Below are positions 21,484 to 30,950 of a stretch of 64,000 nt of DNA, piece by piece. Source of the stretch: Gammaproteobacteria bacterium (GTDB lineage Bacteria; Pseudomonadota; Gammaproteobacteria; CBDBNL01; JAAOII01). The notes under the pieces are model-generated. The model did no database searches, was not told the DNA's origin, and saw nothing but the letters and a program-made list of their open reading frames with translations. Within the stretch, counting starts at the first letter, position 1; each line of letters starts with the position of its first letter. The position numbers and the translations under genes were made by a program. The stretch is from positions 160,001-224,000 of the forward strand of contig OZ242372.1 of NCBI GenBank assembly GCA_965209035.1, written 5' to 3'.

Positions 21484-24400
21484 CTACCTGCCTTGCGCCG
21501 AAATGCCACCCGGCATGCAGTTCAAAGCCGGGTATTGGGAACTCTCGCCCAGATCCCAGACGCGGACAAAGCCGATCGGTTGGGAAGTACTTTCCGTTTC
21601 CTCGCCGGTGTTTGGATTGCACCAGAAGTTACCCCAGAGAGCATAGATCCCTGTGAAAGAAGCACCTTGTAGTTGAACCGTGCTTTGCCCATCACCGCCG
21701 GCACCGGTTGATTGCCCGGTGGTTTCAGTATCCCAATAGGAAGCATTGACAGTGATTTGCGCATCGGCAATGCCAATCAAGCCGCCGATATCACCACCGG
21801 AACCTAAAACAAACCCGGCGGCAACATAAGAATAATAAATTTGACTGTCTTGCCCGCCTCCAATACCAACCAGCCCACCAACTTCATCATCGCCGGCAAC
21901 ACTTCCGCCGAGCACATAAGCATAGCGAATGTCAGACCTATATCCATCCCCAACCAGTCCGCCAACCTCATCACCGCCGGCAACACTTCCGCCGAACACA
22001 TAAGCATAGCGAATATCAACCTCTCGCCCCTTCCCAACCAGCCCACCAACTTCATCATCGCCGGCAACACTTCCGCCGAGCACATAAGAATAGCGAATAT
22101 CAGCACCCTCGCCATCCCCAACCAGTCCGCCAACGGTAACATTGCCGGAAACATCTCCGCCGGACACATACGCATAGTGAATATCAGCACCCTCGCCATC
22201 CCCAACCAGTCCGCCAACAGCAACATCACCGGATACATTTACGCCGGATACATTGGCATAGATAATACTGGCATTCGCACCAGACCCAACCAGCCCGCCA
22301 ACTTCATCACCGCCGGCAACACTTCCGCCGAACACATAAGCATAGCGAATATCAGCATCCTCGCCATCCCCAACCAGCCCGCCGACATTGCCGGCAGACG
22401 GACTCATCACACTGCCACCGGTAACCGACAGATTCTCATAACCGGCATTCCTGCCATTGCCTACCAGTGTGCCCACATCATTGGCACCACCGCTGACACG
22501 CGCATTCCGGAGATGCAAATTTTGAAGACTACCATTGAACGCGCCAAATAATCCCACTCCGATCGCATCATGATGCGCAGAAACAAACAGATCGGCAATC
22601 GTGTGATCCCGGCCATCAAACACACCCGTATAAGCGGTGCAAACATTATTTGATGTACAGAAGCCAATCGGCACCCATCCGCTGCCATCACGATCCGTCC
22701 AAGTAGATTGCTTGCCGCTGTTCTCCCCATTAGACCCATAAGATGCCACCAGACTAAAATTCAACGAGCGGGTCAATTCGTAACCCAAACAGCCGGAACT
22801 CGGACAACCTGCAGAACCCACGGCGGTAATCTCGTCAGTACGGTTATCATCCGCCCCATCGCCATTCAGATCATCGCGCAGGCGCGCCAAGTCATCCAGA
22901 GTGCGGATTTCTATCAAGCCATTATTGTCATCGTCCGAGTCCGCCATCAAGTCTGTTTGACAACCGGCAACCACGCTATCCGGATTACCGTCTTGATCCG
23001 TATCGGTGCTCGCACAGGCATCCCGAGGAAACGCATCTGTCGTATCGGGGACATGATCATTGTCATCGTCCGTATCTTCGCCCGCATCCCGACAGCCGTC
23101 TTTGTCATTGTCCGTCGTCCGATTGGATCTCCAATCCGTTTCGCCGGGATCGCAGGCATCCTCTCCGTTGAGCACACGATCGCCATCATCGTCCGGCAAC
23201 CCATCCAAAACACCCGCCATTCCCGTATCGCCTTCATAGAATAAGTTGACACCCGTTGCCTCATTGGCACTCAATACCGTCGCCTCGTCGCGATCTTGAA
23301 TTTGAATATCCACCCAGGCAAGATAATTGCATTGCTCAAACTCCGGTCTTGTCCCTAAAATACCTCCGCTACATGCACCCGAAACAGGCGGATTCGTCCG
23401 GGCAACTTGACCAAAAAAAAGACTCTTGCGATCATACCGCTCCGGCACATCGCCCAAAATACCGGTTGTCACATCCGTATAGTCATCCGACAAGCCGGTC
23501 AGAGATACCCGGACGCTACAGTAATAACGACTCCTTGCCTCAAAATCTACTTCCTCCTCGGAACCCAACAAAATTCGATAGCCCTGATTATCCAAATAAA
23601 ATCGGCGGGAACAGTAAGCACTATTATCCGTTCTGTTGAATCCGGACTGCAAACGAAAGTAAAGAGTCGGCGGCCTGTCCAAACCCGCCTGTGCCCGCAT
23701 GGCTGCCGAAAGATCTGTTTGGATACCCAAGGTACGAAGAACATTGCCGGCGCCGGAAACCACAGAATACGGTGGCGCATTTTCATTCAACATACCTACG
23801 AGTTCATAATGATGACGCCGGCGTTCCACTATCCTTTCTTCCGTTTGCAACACCTCACGCTGATAGAAAAATGGAAACGCAAACCTTATCGACTCCAAAT
23901 CCGCGCCGAACCCGCTCTTTGCCGCAGGATCTAAATTGAAAATATCCTCCGGTGCCGAGGTCACATTCGGATGAGTCACCAAGAAATGCCGCAAGGATCC
24001 TTCCCGGGTATGAATGTCATCAAAAAGTTCCCGAGACATCCCCTTAGCCGCTCGATAGGTCAACGACAGATTGCGATGATTTACTCCGTTTTCTGTCAAC
24101 CGCAATAGGATCGAGATATTTAAGGCCTGATTTAGCCGAAAGATTCTGTTTTCGCCCATGCCCTCGCTGTCCCAAAAATCTGTCTGAAAAATAGCTTCTG
24201 TGGGATAAACAACTGAGCGAGCATTATCTCTAAACAGCGAATAAAGTAACGGATCTTTCTTTGATAGCGAAAAGAACGAAAACATTAGAGGAAACCCTAG
24301 TTCCACCCTTCCCTCAAAAGTGCGGTTATTCGTCTCAACAACCACTGTCACCCGTTCTGTCCCGGCCCTTGTAAACCCATTAAATATGACAAAATCCTCC

Positions 24401-24960
24401 GTTTCCAAGGCACGCGCTGCCGCGGAAATACGCACCGGTACAGATACGGAAGCCCAATGTCGCCGCTCACCGTCCCTGTCCAAATACGAAATATCCGCCG
24501 CCACCTCAAACTCGCGCACACCGAGTACACGCACCACATGACCCAAACTGAAATCTTGTGCCCCATCGCTCTTAAACAATAACCTGCCGGAAGACGCATT
24601 CACTTCAAAAAAGGTCGCCACCAATTCGTTATCTCCCGGCAGCAAGCGATAGGTTACCGTCACATTCCCGGCACCTTGCGGCAGGCGGGCACGCACCTCT
24701 TCGTTTTCCAGCCGGACCACGCCCATGGTTCTGTTTCGTGACGATGCCGCCGTTGTTGTCGTATTGGCCAAAGCAAAATGATAGGCAGCATGCGAAAATA
24801 AATTGCGTGCCGGCCCACCGCCGGAAGAGTAAGAAGGCACGCATGCCGAAAGCGAGAACAACGATGCAAAAAAAGTAAACAAAATTGCCAAGCGTCGCAC
24901 GAAGACGGCACTGCGCCCGGATATGATGTATGCTCCGATGCTCGCCATCCGGTCCATCAT
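21484..24960 (-). CDS. Giant surface lipoprotein A1: conserved N-region, TSP3-like repeats, GLUG module
   Basis: The frame is open to 25239, but homology to paralogs and overlap with the upstream gene favour a start near MMDRMASIG (24960). Lipobox SLSA-C; cadherin-like FEVNASSGRL..DF; VGGLVG repeats. Confidence 0.8.
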   Translation of the reverse strand: MMDRMASIGAYIISGRSAVFVRRLAILFTFFASLFSLSACVPSYSSGGGPARNLFSHAAYHFALANTTTTAASSRNRTMGVVRLENEEVRARLPQGAGNVTVTYRLLPGDNELVATFFEVNASSGRLLFKSDGAQDFSLGHVVRVLGVREFEVAADISYLDRDGERRHWASVSVPVRISAAARALETEDFVIFNGFTRAGTERVTVVVETNNRTFEGRVELGFPLMFSFFSLSKKDPLLYSLFRDNARSVVYPTEAIFQTDFWDSEGMGENRIFRLNQALNISILLRLTENGVNHRNLSLTYRAAKGMSRELFDDIHTREGSLRHFLVTHPNVTSAPEDIFNLDPAAKSGFGADLESIRFAFPFFYQREVLQTEERIVERRRHHYELVGMLNENAPPYSVVSGAGNVLRTLGIQTDLSAAMRAQAGLDRPPTLYFRLQSGFNRTDNSAYCSRRFYLDNQGYRILLGSEEEVDFEARSRYYCSVRVSLTGLSDDYTDVTTGILGDVPERYDRKSLFFGQVARTNPPVSGACSGGILGTRPEFEQCNYLAWVDIQIQDRDEATVLSANEATGVNLFYEGDTGMAGVLDGLPDDDGDRVLNGEDACDPGETDWRSNRTTDNDKDGCRDAGEDTDDDNDHVPDTTDAFPRDACASTDTDQDGNPDSVVAGCQTDLMADSDDDNNGLIEIRTLDDLARLRDDLNGDGADDNRTDEITAVGSAGCPSSGCLGYELTRSLNFSLVASYGSNGENSGKQSTWTDRDGSGWVPIGFCTSNNVCTAYTGVFDGRDHTIADLFVSAHHDAIGVGLFGAFNGSLQNLHLRNARVSGGANDVGTLVGNGRNAGYENLSVTGGSVMSPSAGNVGGLVGDGEDADIRYAYVFGGSVAGGDEVGGLVGSGANASIIYANVSGVNVSGDVAVGGLVGDGEGADIHYAYVSGGDVSGNVTVGGLVGDGEGADIRYSYVLGGSVAGDDEVGGLVGKGREVDIRYAYVFGGSVAGGDEVGGLVGDGYRSDIRYAYVLGGSVAGDDEVGGLVGIGGGQDSQIYYSYVAAGFVLGSGGDIGGLIGIADAQITVNASYWDTETTGQSTGAGGDGQSTVQLQGASFTGIYALWGNFWCNPNTGEETESTSQPIGFVRVWDLGESSQYPALNCMPGGISAQGR

Positions 24961-25036
24961 CGGCAGCAACACTCGACTTGTCTTGTACCTACTCAAAAAT
25001 ATCCGATGGAATAAGATGCCGGGACGGCACAATGTC

Positions 25037-26668
25037 CTAAAAACGATATGCGAGAGCAAGGCGCAAGTTTGTGGCGGAGAAGGAGGTCCGGAACACTTCC
25101 GTATTCGCATCATCTTCTTGGTCAATCGCCTCATCGACCAGATCGGTATCATTGATATATTCAAGAACATCCAAAGATACCGCCGCCGTGAGCCCAAAGT
25201 CGCTTTGGTATTGGTAATACAAGGTTGTGCCCCGGGCAAAACCTACTCCTCCCAAAGCCCAGCCAACCCGATGCCGCAGTTGCTCGCCCATATTGCCCGC
25301 AATATGCAAAGCGGGAAAACACTCAAGGGCGAAGTTCATCGTATCACCGGTAGCTGCCGCATAGAGCGCATAGCCGCGATAGTTCTTTTCATCAAAATAA
25401 GAGGCCCCGCAAAGATAATTAAAATTAACGATCCGCTTATCCGAGTAATAATCAAAACCGACACTATAGATATCACCTATAATTTCCAAATAGGCTTTAC
25501 CGTCATTCTCATTGGCAACCCAGTTCAGATAGTCAATTGTTTGTGAATAAAACTGACTCGTCCCGGGGGAGAACTCTCTACCGCCCGATTCCCGATCCAA
25601 GACATTATAATCATCCAAAGAAAAGGTGCGCGCCCATTCAAACTTAACGGCATACCTCTTGATGGGAACCGAAAGTTCAAAACCGTATGCTGTGTTCGGA
25701 CTAAAAGTTGGCGACGGCCTGGCGACAGGCAACCGTTCATCCGTATTAATACTCCGAATACAGCCTTCAATCGTTGCTCTCACTGCTCCGCCGCGACACA
25801 CATAGTCGCCGTTGCGACGCAACAGTTCGAACTGCGCGATTGGAAATCTATAGCCCTCGTAATAGGTGAAACCGGCAGTCAGCCGGGAACCCACATATAA
25901 AACGCGCACCGCTTGTTGTGAAGGATCTTTCGGTGCGGCAAATTTTACCGTTTGATCTTCGTTGTGTTCGTTTGCATATTCCACATTGCCGGTAAACTCG
26001 CCCAACAATTGATCGACCAACAGTTGCGGAAAATAATAATAATGCACTTCCAGACCACCCGGTATAAAAAATTGGGCGGATGCCACATATTGCGGCAGGC
26101 GATTATCCACCTTACTGTAACTGAGTGTTGTGCTGCTAAAATCTATGGGCAGTACCAGATCTACGGGCGAAAAGAGATCAAACTGACCGAACACCACGCG
26201 TTTGCGGCCCAGAGAAAACAGGGCATAATTCGCATCCAAGTCCACATAGCCTTCCAGTAGTTCCACATTGTCCGCCGTCACTGTGCGACTAAATGTTTCT
26301 CCTTCATTAGTATTGATATTCTCGGATCGCAAACTGAACTTGACCGCGGAACGATAGGCACGACCTTCCAGGGCAACCTTCCCCCAACTCCAATCCTCGT
26401 CATAACGCAGCCTGGCTTGGGTACTCGCACGCGTGTTAACCTCATCAATGATACCGGCATAGGTCGCAACCAGAATGCCACTAAAATGCCGCTGCCAATA
26501 ATCCGCTGTGCCGGGGCTGTCTGTGCCGGTTGAAAGATCCGTGCCGTCCTCTTCTTCTATGATGACCGGAGCACTTTCAATCACGGTTGCATTCTCAGCG
26601 GCAAGAGCTAAAACAGAGAACAGACATAGTCCGCATAGTCCGCAAAAAATAAGACATTTTAGTTTCAC
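25037..26668 (-). CDS. Predicted outer-membrane beta-barrel protein, copy 1
   Basis: Signal peptide ending VLALA, amphipathic strands, LEGYVD..LGRKRVVFG..SPVD motif and C-terminal LALAYRF (BAM-type signal). GTG start chosen by homology with copy 2. Confidence 0.8.
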   Translation of the reverse strand: MKLKCLIFCGLCGLCLFSVLALAAENATVIESAPVIIEEEDGTDLSTGTDSPGTADYWQRHFSGILVATYAGIIDEVNTRASTQARLRYDEDWSWGKVALEGRAYRSAVKFSLRSENINTNEGETFSRTVTADNVELLEGYVDLDANYALFSLGRKRVVFGQFDLFSPVDLVLPIDFSSTTLSYSKVDNRLPQYVASAQFFIPGGLEVHYYYFPQLLVDQLLGEFTGNVEYANEHNEDQTVKFAAPKDPSQQAVRVLYVGSRLTAGFTYYEGYRFPIAQFELLRRNGDYVCRGGAVRATIEGCIRSINTDERLPVARPSPTFSPNTAYGFELSVPIKRYAVKFEWARTFSLDDYNVLDRESGGREFSPGTSQFYSQTIDYLNWVANENDGKAYLEIIGDIYSVGFDYYSDKRIVNFNYLCGASYFDEKNYRGYALYAAATGDTMNFALECFPALHIAGNMGEQLRHRVGWALGGVGFARGTTLYYQYQSDFGLTAAVSLDVLEYINDTDLVDEAIDQEDDANTEVFRTSFSATNLRLALAYRF

Positions 26669-26730
26669 GAACCGCCCGGACCCCGAAAGCATCTGATGGC
26701 AACTTTATGATGATTCGTTTTGAATTTCAT
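26665..26730 (-). other. 21-codon mini-ORF: 5' remnant of a gene-B-like gene whose TGA overlaps the barrel GTG
   Basis: GAGGTGATGAT-ATG then MKFKTNHHKVAIRCFRGPGGS*. RBS and first codons match 51211 (MKSKINNYKIAR). Confidence 0.65.
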
Positions 26731-26872
26731 ATCATCACCTCTTTTAAAAAATAAATTAAATTTATTCTATTGTAAAGGGAAAAGATCGATGTATAAAAAA
26801 TATGGTTCGCTCGCCTTCGGCAAGAACTCCTTAGTTTTTTAACATCTCTTGAAATTAACAAGAGGCATCGTC

Positions 26873-29800
26873 TCAGCGCGGTCTCAGCCACCTGCCGGCT
26901 GTGTCACGGCGACCATAAATCACATACACCCTGTTGCCACCGGGGCCCGGTGCACCCACCGCAAAATCCCGAACCCGATCACCGTTGAGATCACCCACAC
27001 CCGCAACCGCATACCCAAGACCCTGCGAGAACATACCGCCGCGCGTCGATACGACAAATCCTTGGGAGGCATTAAAGTGTTGCAGATCCAACAAACGCCG
27101 CGCGGTCACCGGATCCAACACGCCGTAGCCCACATCCCGTCGACCATAAATCACATACAAACGACCTTGCCCATCCGCATATTCGGAAGCACCCACCGCA
27201 AAATCGTTCGTGCCATCACCGTTAATATCGCCGAGATTCGCAACCGAAACGCCCAAACGGCTATTGGTCTCCTCCCCGCGCACAATAAAACCGGCTGCCG
27301 ACGCCAGGGTCGCCGGTGCCAACACCGACCGATGGATGCCGTTTCTTGCCGTCCGACGCCCATGACTGCGGTTGCCATAAATCACATACAACAGACCTTC
27401 GCGCACGCGCCTACTGTCACCCCCATCGTAACCGGCACGCGCAGCCGAAACGGCAAAATCCGCCGTGCCATCACCGTTAATGTCGCCAAGACCCGTGATG
27501 ACTTCCCCCGCATGATCACCGGCTTGTGTTGATTCTATGACGAACCCCGCGGACGCGGACAGAGTTTCTGTTCGCAGAATCCGCGTTGCTGTGCCCGCCG
27601 CCGGATTGTTCGCCAAAGAGCCATGAAGTGAGCCATGAAGTGAGCCATGAGATCCCCCTTCACGCCCGTAAATCACATACACCCGGGTTGTTCTGTTCGC
27701 AATTCCCCCCGCAGGCACATTGTGAACCGCACCGCTGCTGACGGCAAAGTCGTCCGTGCCATCGCCGTTGATATCACCCACACCCGCAACGAATGCCCCC
27801 AAGTGCTCTCCGACCACATTCCCATTTTCCACCGCAGTATCTCCGAAAAGAATAAACCCGTGCGACCGGTTGAAGTCCGCCGCATTAAGCCGTTCACGCC
27901 CGCCGGCCAACATTCCATAATGGCCATCCTTGCGCCCGTAAAAAACATACAATCGACCCGCATTGGAAGGCGGATCCGTCATATTCGCATTAAAGCCGGA
28001 CGGCGCGGAAATCGCAAAATCCGGCACACCATCACCGTTGATATCGCCAATGCCCGCCACAGCCGCCCCGAGCCCATCACCGCCGGCCGGCGAAACTCCG
28101 CCATGCATTGTAAATCCGTGCGATTGATTAAAGTCTTGTAAATTTAACGCACGACGGCCACGGGCACTGCCCCGACCACCGAAATCCCCCTCCCGACGCC
28201 CGTAAACCACATAGGCATCACCGGAGTTGCTTCCGTTTGTATCGGCATGCCGAACACCCATCACAAAATCACTGACATTGTCCCCATTAATGTCGCCGAC
28301 CCCGGCAAGCAACCGCCCGGATGCGTCGCCCAAGCGATCCGCCTTTTGACCGCCAAAAAAGACCACACCCGCAGCCGGCGCAAGACTCCCGCCGTTAATC
28401 ACCCGCACCCCCGTTTGCGGATCCGGCATCCCGTATGCATCGTCACCACGGCCGAACAAGACAGATACCTCGCCGCGTGCTTGGCCGGCAGCAAAACCCA
28501 GACCTTGATCGGCATTCGGTGCACCAAGCGCAAAGTCGTCCCGACCATCGCCATTGACATCACCCACGGCGGCGATGCTGCTTCCCAACCGGTCCTTGTC
28601 GGCGTCCCGGCGCCACATCGATGCGACAACCGCAGGATCCGGCTCAACAGCACTGCCGTTGATGATGAACCCTTCCGCCGGCAAAAAAGTTCCCGTGTCA
28701 ATGACAAATCGCCGCAGATCACAGGCATCGCCCACTCCGTCCGCATCATTGTCGTCTTGCCGCGCATTTGGAAAATACACACAATTGTCCGTCAGATCCG
28801 GCTCCCCATCGTTGTCGTCATCCTTGTCTTCGCCCGCATCCCGACAGCCATCACCGTCATTGTCCGTCGTCCGGTTGGATATCCAACCCGTTTCGCCGCG
28901 CGGACAAGCATCCAATGGAGTGTTCCCGTCGGTGGCAAGATCATTCACACCGTCATTGTCATCGTCCGGATCCTCGGCACCATCGTCCCGACAGCCCTCA
29001 CCGTCATTGTCCGTCGTCCGATTGGATCTCCAACCCGTTTCGCCGGGATCGCAGGCATCCTCTCCGTTGAGCACACGATCGCCATCATCGTCCGGCAACC
29101 CATCCAAAACACCCGCCATTCCCGTATCGCCTTCATAGAATAAGTTGACACCCGTCGCCTCATCAATCCGCGATACCGGCGGCTCGTTGCGATCTCTAAT
29201 ATAAATATCCACCCAGGCAAGATAATTGCATTGCTCAAACTCGGGTGCCCTCCCGGAAATTCTGTCGGTACATGTACGCGGAACAGACGGGATCGTCCGG
29301 GCAACTTGACCGGAGAAACGACTCGTGCGATCATATCGCTCCGGCGAATCACCCAAAATACCGGTTGTCACATCCGTATAGTCATCCGACAAGCCGGTCA
29401 GAGATACCTGGACGCTACAGTAATCACGACTCCTTGCCTCAAAATCTGCTTCCTCCTCGGAACCCAACAAAATCCGATAGCCCTGATTATCCAAATAAAA
29501 TCGGCGGGAACAGTAAGCACTATTATCCGTTCTGTCGAATCCGGACTGCAAACGAAAGTAAAGAGTCGGCAGCCTGTCCAAACCCGTCTGTGCCCGCATG
29601 GCTGCCGAAAGACCGGTTTGGATACCCAAAGTATTAAGAAGATGACCGATTCCGGAAACTACAGAACGCGGCGGAGAATTTTCATCCAACCTGCCAATGA
29701 GTTGGTAACGATGACGCCGACTTTCCACCGTTCTTTCCTCTTCTTGCCCCACCTCACGCTGATAGAAAAATGGAAACGCAAACCCTATCGCCTCCAAGTC

Positions 29801-30922
29801 CGCACCGAACCCACTCTTTGCCGAAGTATTCAAATTGAAAATATCCTCCGGTGCCGAAGTAACATCCGGATGGGTCGCCCAAAAATGCCGCAAGGACCCT
29901 TCCCGGGTATGCACATCATCCAGAAGTTCCTGATACATCCCCTTAGCCGCCGGATAGGTCAGCGACAGATTACGATGATTTTTCCCATCTTTTGTCAACA
30001 ACAACAGAACCGAGATATTTAATGCTTGATTCAGTCGAGAGGTTATGTTTTCGCCCATACCCTCGCTGTCCCAAAGATCCGGATAAGAAATTATCTCTGC
30101 AGGATCAACGACTGATCGGGCATTACTTATAAACAGTGTAGAAAATAACGGATGTTTATTTGATTGCAACAAGAACGTAAATGTTCGGTGAAGTCCTAGT
30201 TTCACTCTCCCTTCAAAAGAGCGATTATTCGCATCAATAAGAACTGTCACCCGCACTGTCCCAGGATCCGCATACCCTTGAAATATGACAAAATCCTCCG
30301 TTTCCAAAGCACGTGCTGCCGCGGAAATACGCACCGGTACAGATACGGAAGCCCAATGTCGCCGCTCACCGCCCGTGTTCAAATACGAAATATCCGCCGC
30401 TACCTCAAACTCGCGCACGCCGAGTACACGCACCACATGACCCAAACTGAAATCTTGTGCCCTATCGCTCTTAAACAATAACCTGCCGGAAGACGCATTC
30501 ACTTCAAAAAAGGCCGTCACCAATTCGTTATCCCCCGGCAGCAAGCGATAGGTTACTGTCACATTCCCGGCATCTTGCGGCAGGCGGGCACGCATCTCTT
30601 CGCTTTCCAGCCGGACCATGCCCATGGTTCTGTTTCGTGACGATGCCGCCGTTGTTGTCGTATTGACCAAAGCAAAATGATAGGCAGCATGCGAAAACAA
30701 ATTGCGTGCCGGTCCGCTACCGCCGGAAGAGTAAGAAGGCACACATGCCGAAAGCGAGAACAACGATGCAAAAAAAGTAAACAAAATTGCCAAGCGTCGC
30801 ACGAAGACGGCACTGCACCCGGATATGATGTATGCTCCGATGCTCGCCATCCGGTCCATCATCGTCGGCAACACTTGACCCGTCTTTCGCCCATTCAAAA
30901 ATATCAAAAATATATCTTGCAA
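26873..30922 (-). CDS. Giant surface lipoprotein A2: conserved N-region, TSP3-like repeats, integrin-alpha-like FG-GAP repeats
   Basis: Lipobox SLSA-C; seven GD[I/V/L]NGD..DF[A/V]..YV.[Y/F]G units consistent with a beta-propeller. Confidence 0.85.
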   Translation of the reverse strand: MQDIFLIFLNGRKTGQVLPTMMDRMASIGAYIISGCSAVFVRRLAILFTFFASLFSLSACVPSYSSGGSGPARNLFSHAAYHFALVNTTTTAASSRNRTMGMVRLESEEMRARLPQDAGNVTVTYRLLPGDNELVTAFFEVNASSGRLLFKSDRAQDFSLGHVVRVLGVREFEVAADISYLNTGGERRHWASVSVPVRISAAARALETEDFVIFQGYADPGTVRVTVLIDANNRSFEGRVKLGLHRTFTFLLQSNKHPLFSTLFISNARSVVDPAEIISYPDLWDSEGMGENITSRLNQALNISVLLLLTKDGKNHRNLSLTYPAAKGMYQELLDDVHTREGSLRHFWATHPDVTSAPEDIFNLNTSAKSGFGADLEAIGFAFPFFYQREVGQEEERTVESRRHRYQLIGRLDENSPPRSVVSGIGHLLNTLGIQTGLSAAMRAQTGLDRLPTLYFRLQSGFDRTDNSAYCSRRFYLDNQGYRILLGSEEEADFEARSRDYCSVQVSLTGLSDDYTDVTTGILGDSPERYDRTSRFSGQVARTIPSVPRTCTDRISGRAPEFEQCNYLAWVDIYIRDRNEPPVSRIDEATGVNLFYEGDTGMAGVLDGLPDDDGDRVLNGEDACDPGETGWRSNRTTDNDGEGCRDDGAEDPDDDNDGVNDLATDGNTPLDACPRGETGWISNRTTDNDGDGCRDAGEDKDDDNDGEPDLTDNCVYFPNARQDDNDADGVGDACDLRRFVIDTGTFLPAEGFIINGSAVEPDPAVVASMWRRDADKDRLGSSIAAVGDVNGDGRDDFALGAPNADQGLGFAAGQARGEVSVLFGRGDDAYGMPDPQTGVRVINGGSLAPAAGVVFFGGQKADRLGDASGRLLAGVGDINGDNVSDFVMGVRHADTNGSNSGDAYVVYGRREGDFGGRGSARGRRALNLQDFNQSHGFTMHGGVSPAGGDGLGAAVAGIGDINGDGVPDFAISAPSGFNANMTDPPSNAGRLYVFYGRKDGHYGMLAGGRERLNAADFNRSHGFILFGDTAVENGNVVGEHLGAFVAGVGDINGDGTDDFAVSSGAVHNVPAGGIANRTTRVYVIYGREGGSHGSLHGSLHGSLANNPAAGTATRILRTETLSASAGFVIESTQAGDHAGEVITGLGDINGDGTADFAVSAARAGYDGGDSRRVREGLLYVIYGNRSHGRRTARNGIHRSVLAPATLASAAGFIVRGEETNSRLGVSVANLGDINGDGTNDFAVGASEYADGQGRLYVIYGRRDVGYGVLDPVTARRLLDLQHFNASQGFVVSTRGGMFSQGLGYAVAGVGDLNGDRVRDFAVGAPGPGGNRVYVIYGRRDTAGRWLRPR

Positions 30923-30950
30923 GATTCAATATTGAGGCGGCGGCGATGTC

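Noticed and set aside
24961-25239. N-terminal extension of A1 given by the ORF track
   Set aside because: Most of it overlaps the 3' end of barrel copy 1 in another frame, and it is not conserved in A2 or A3.
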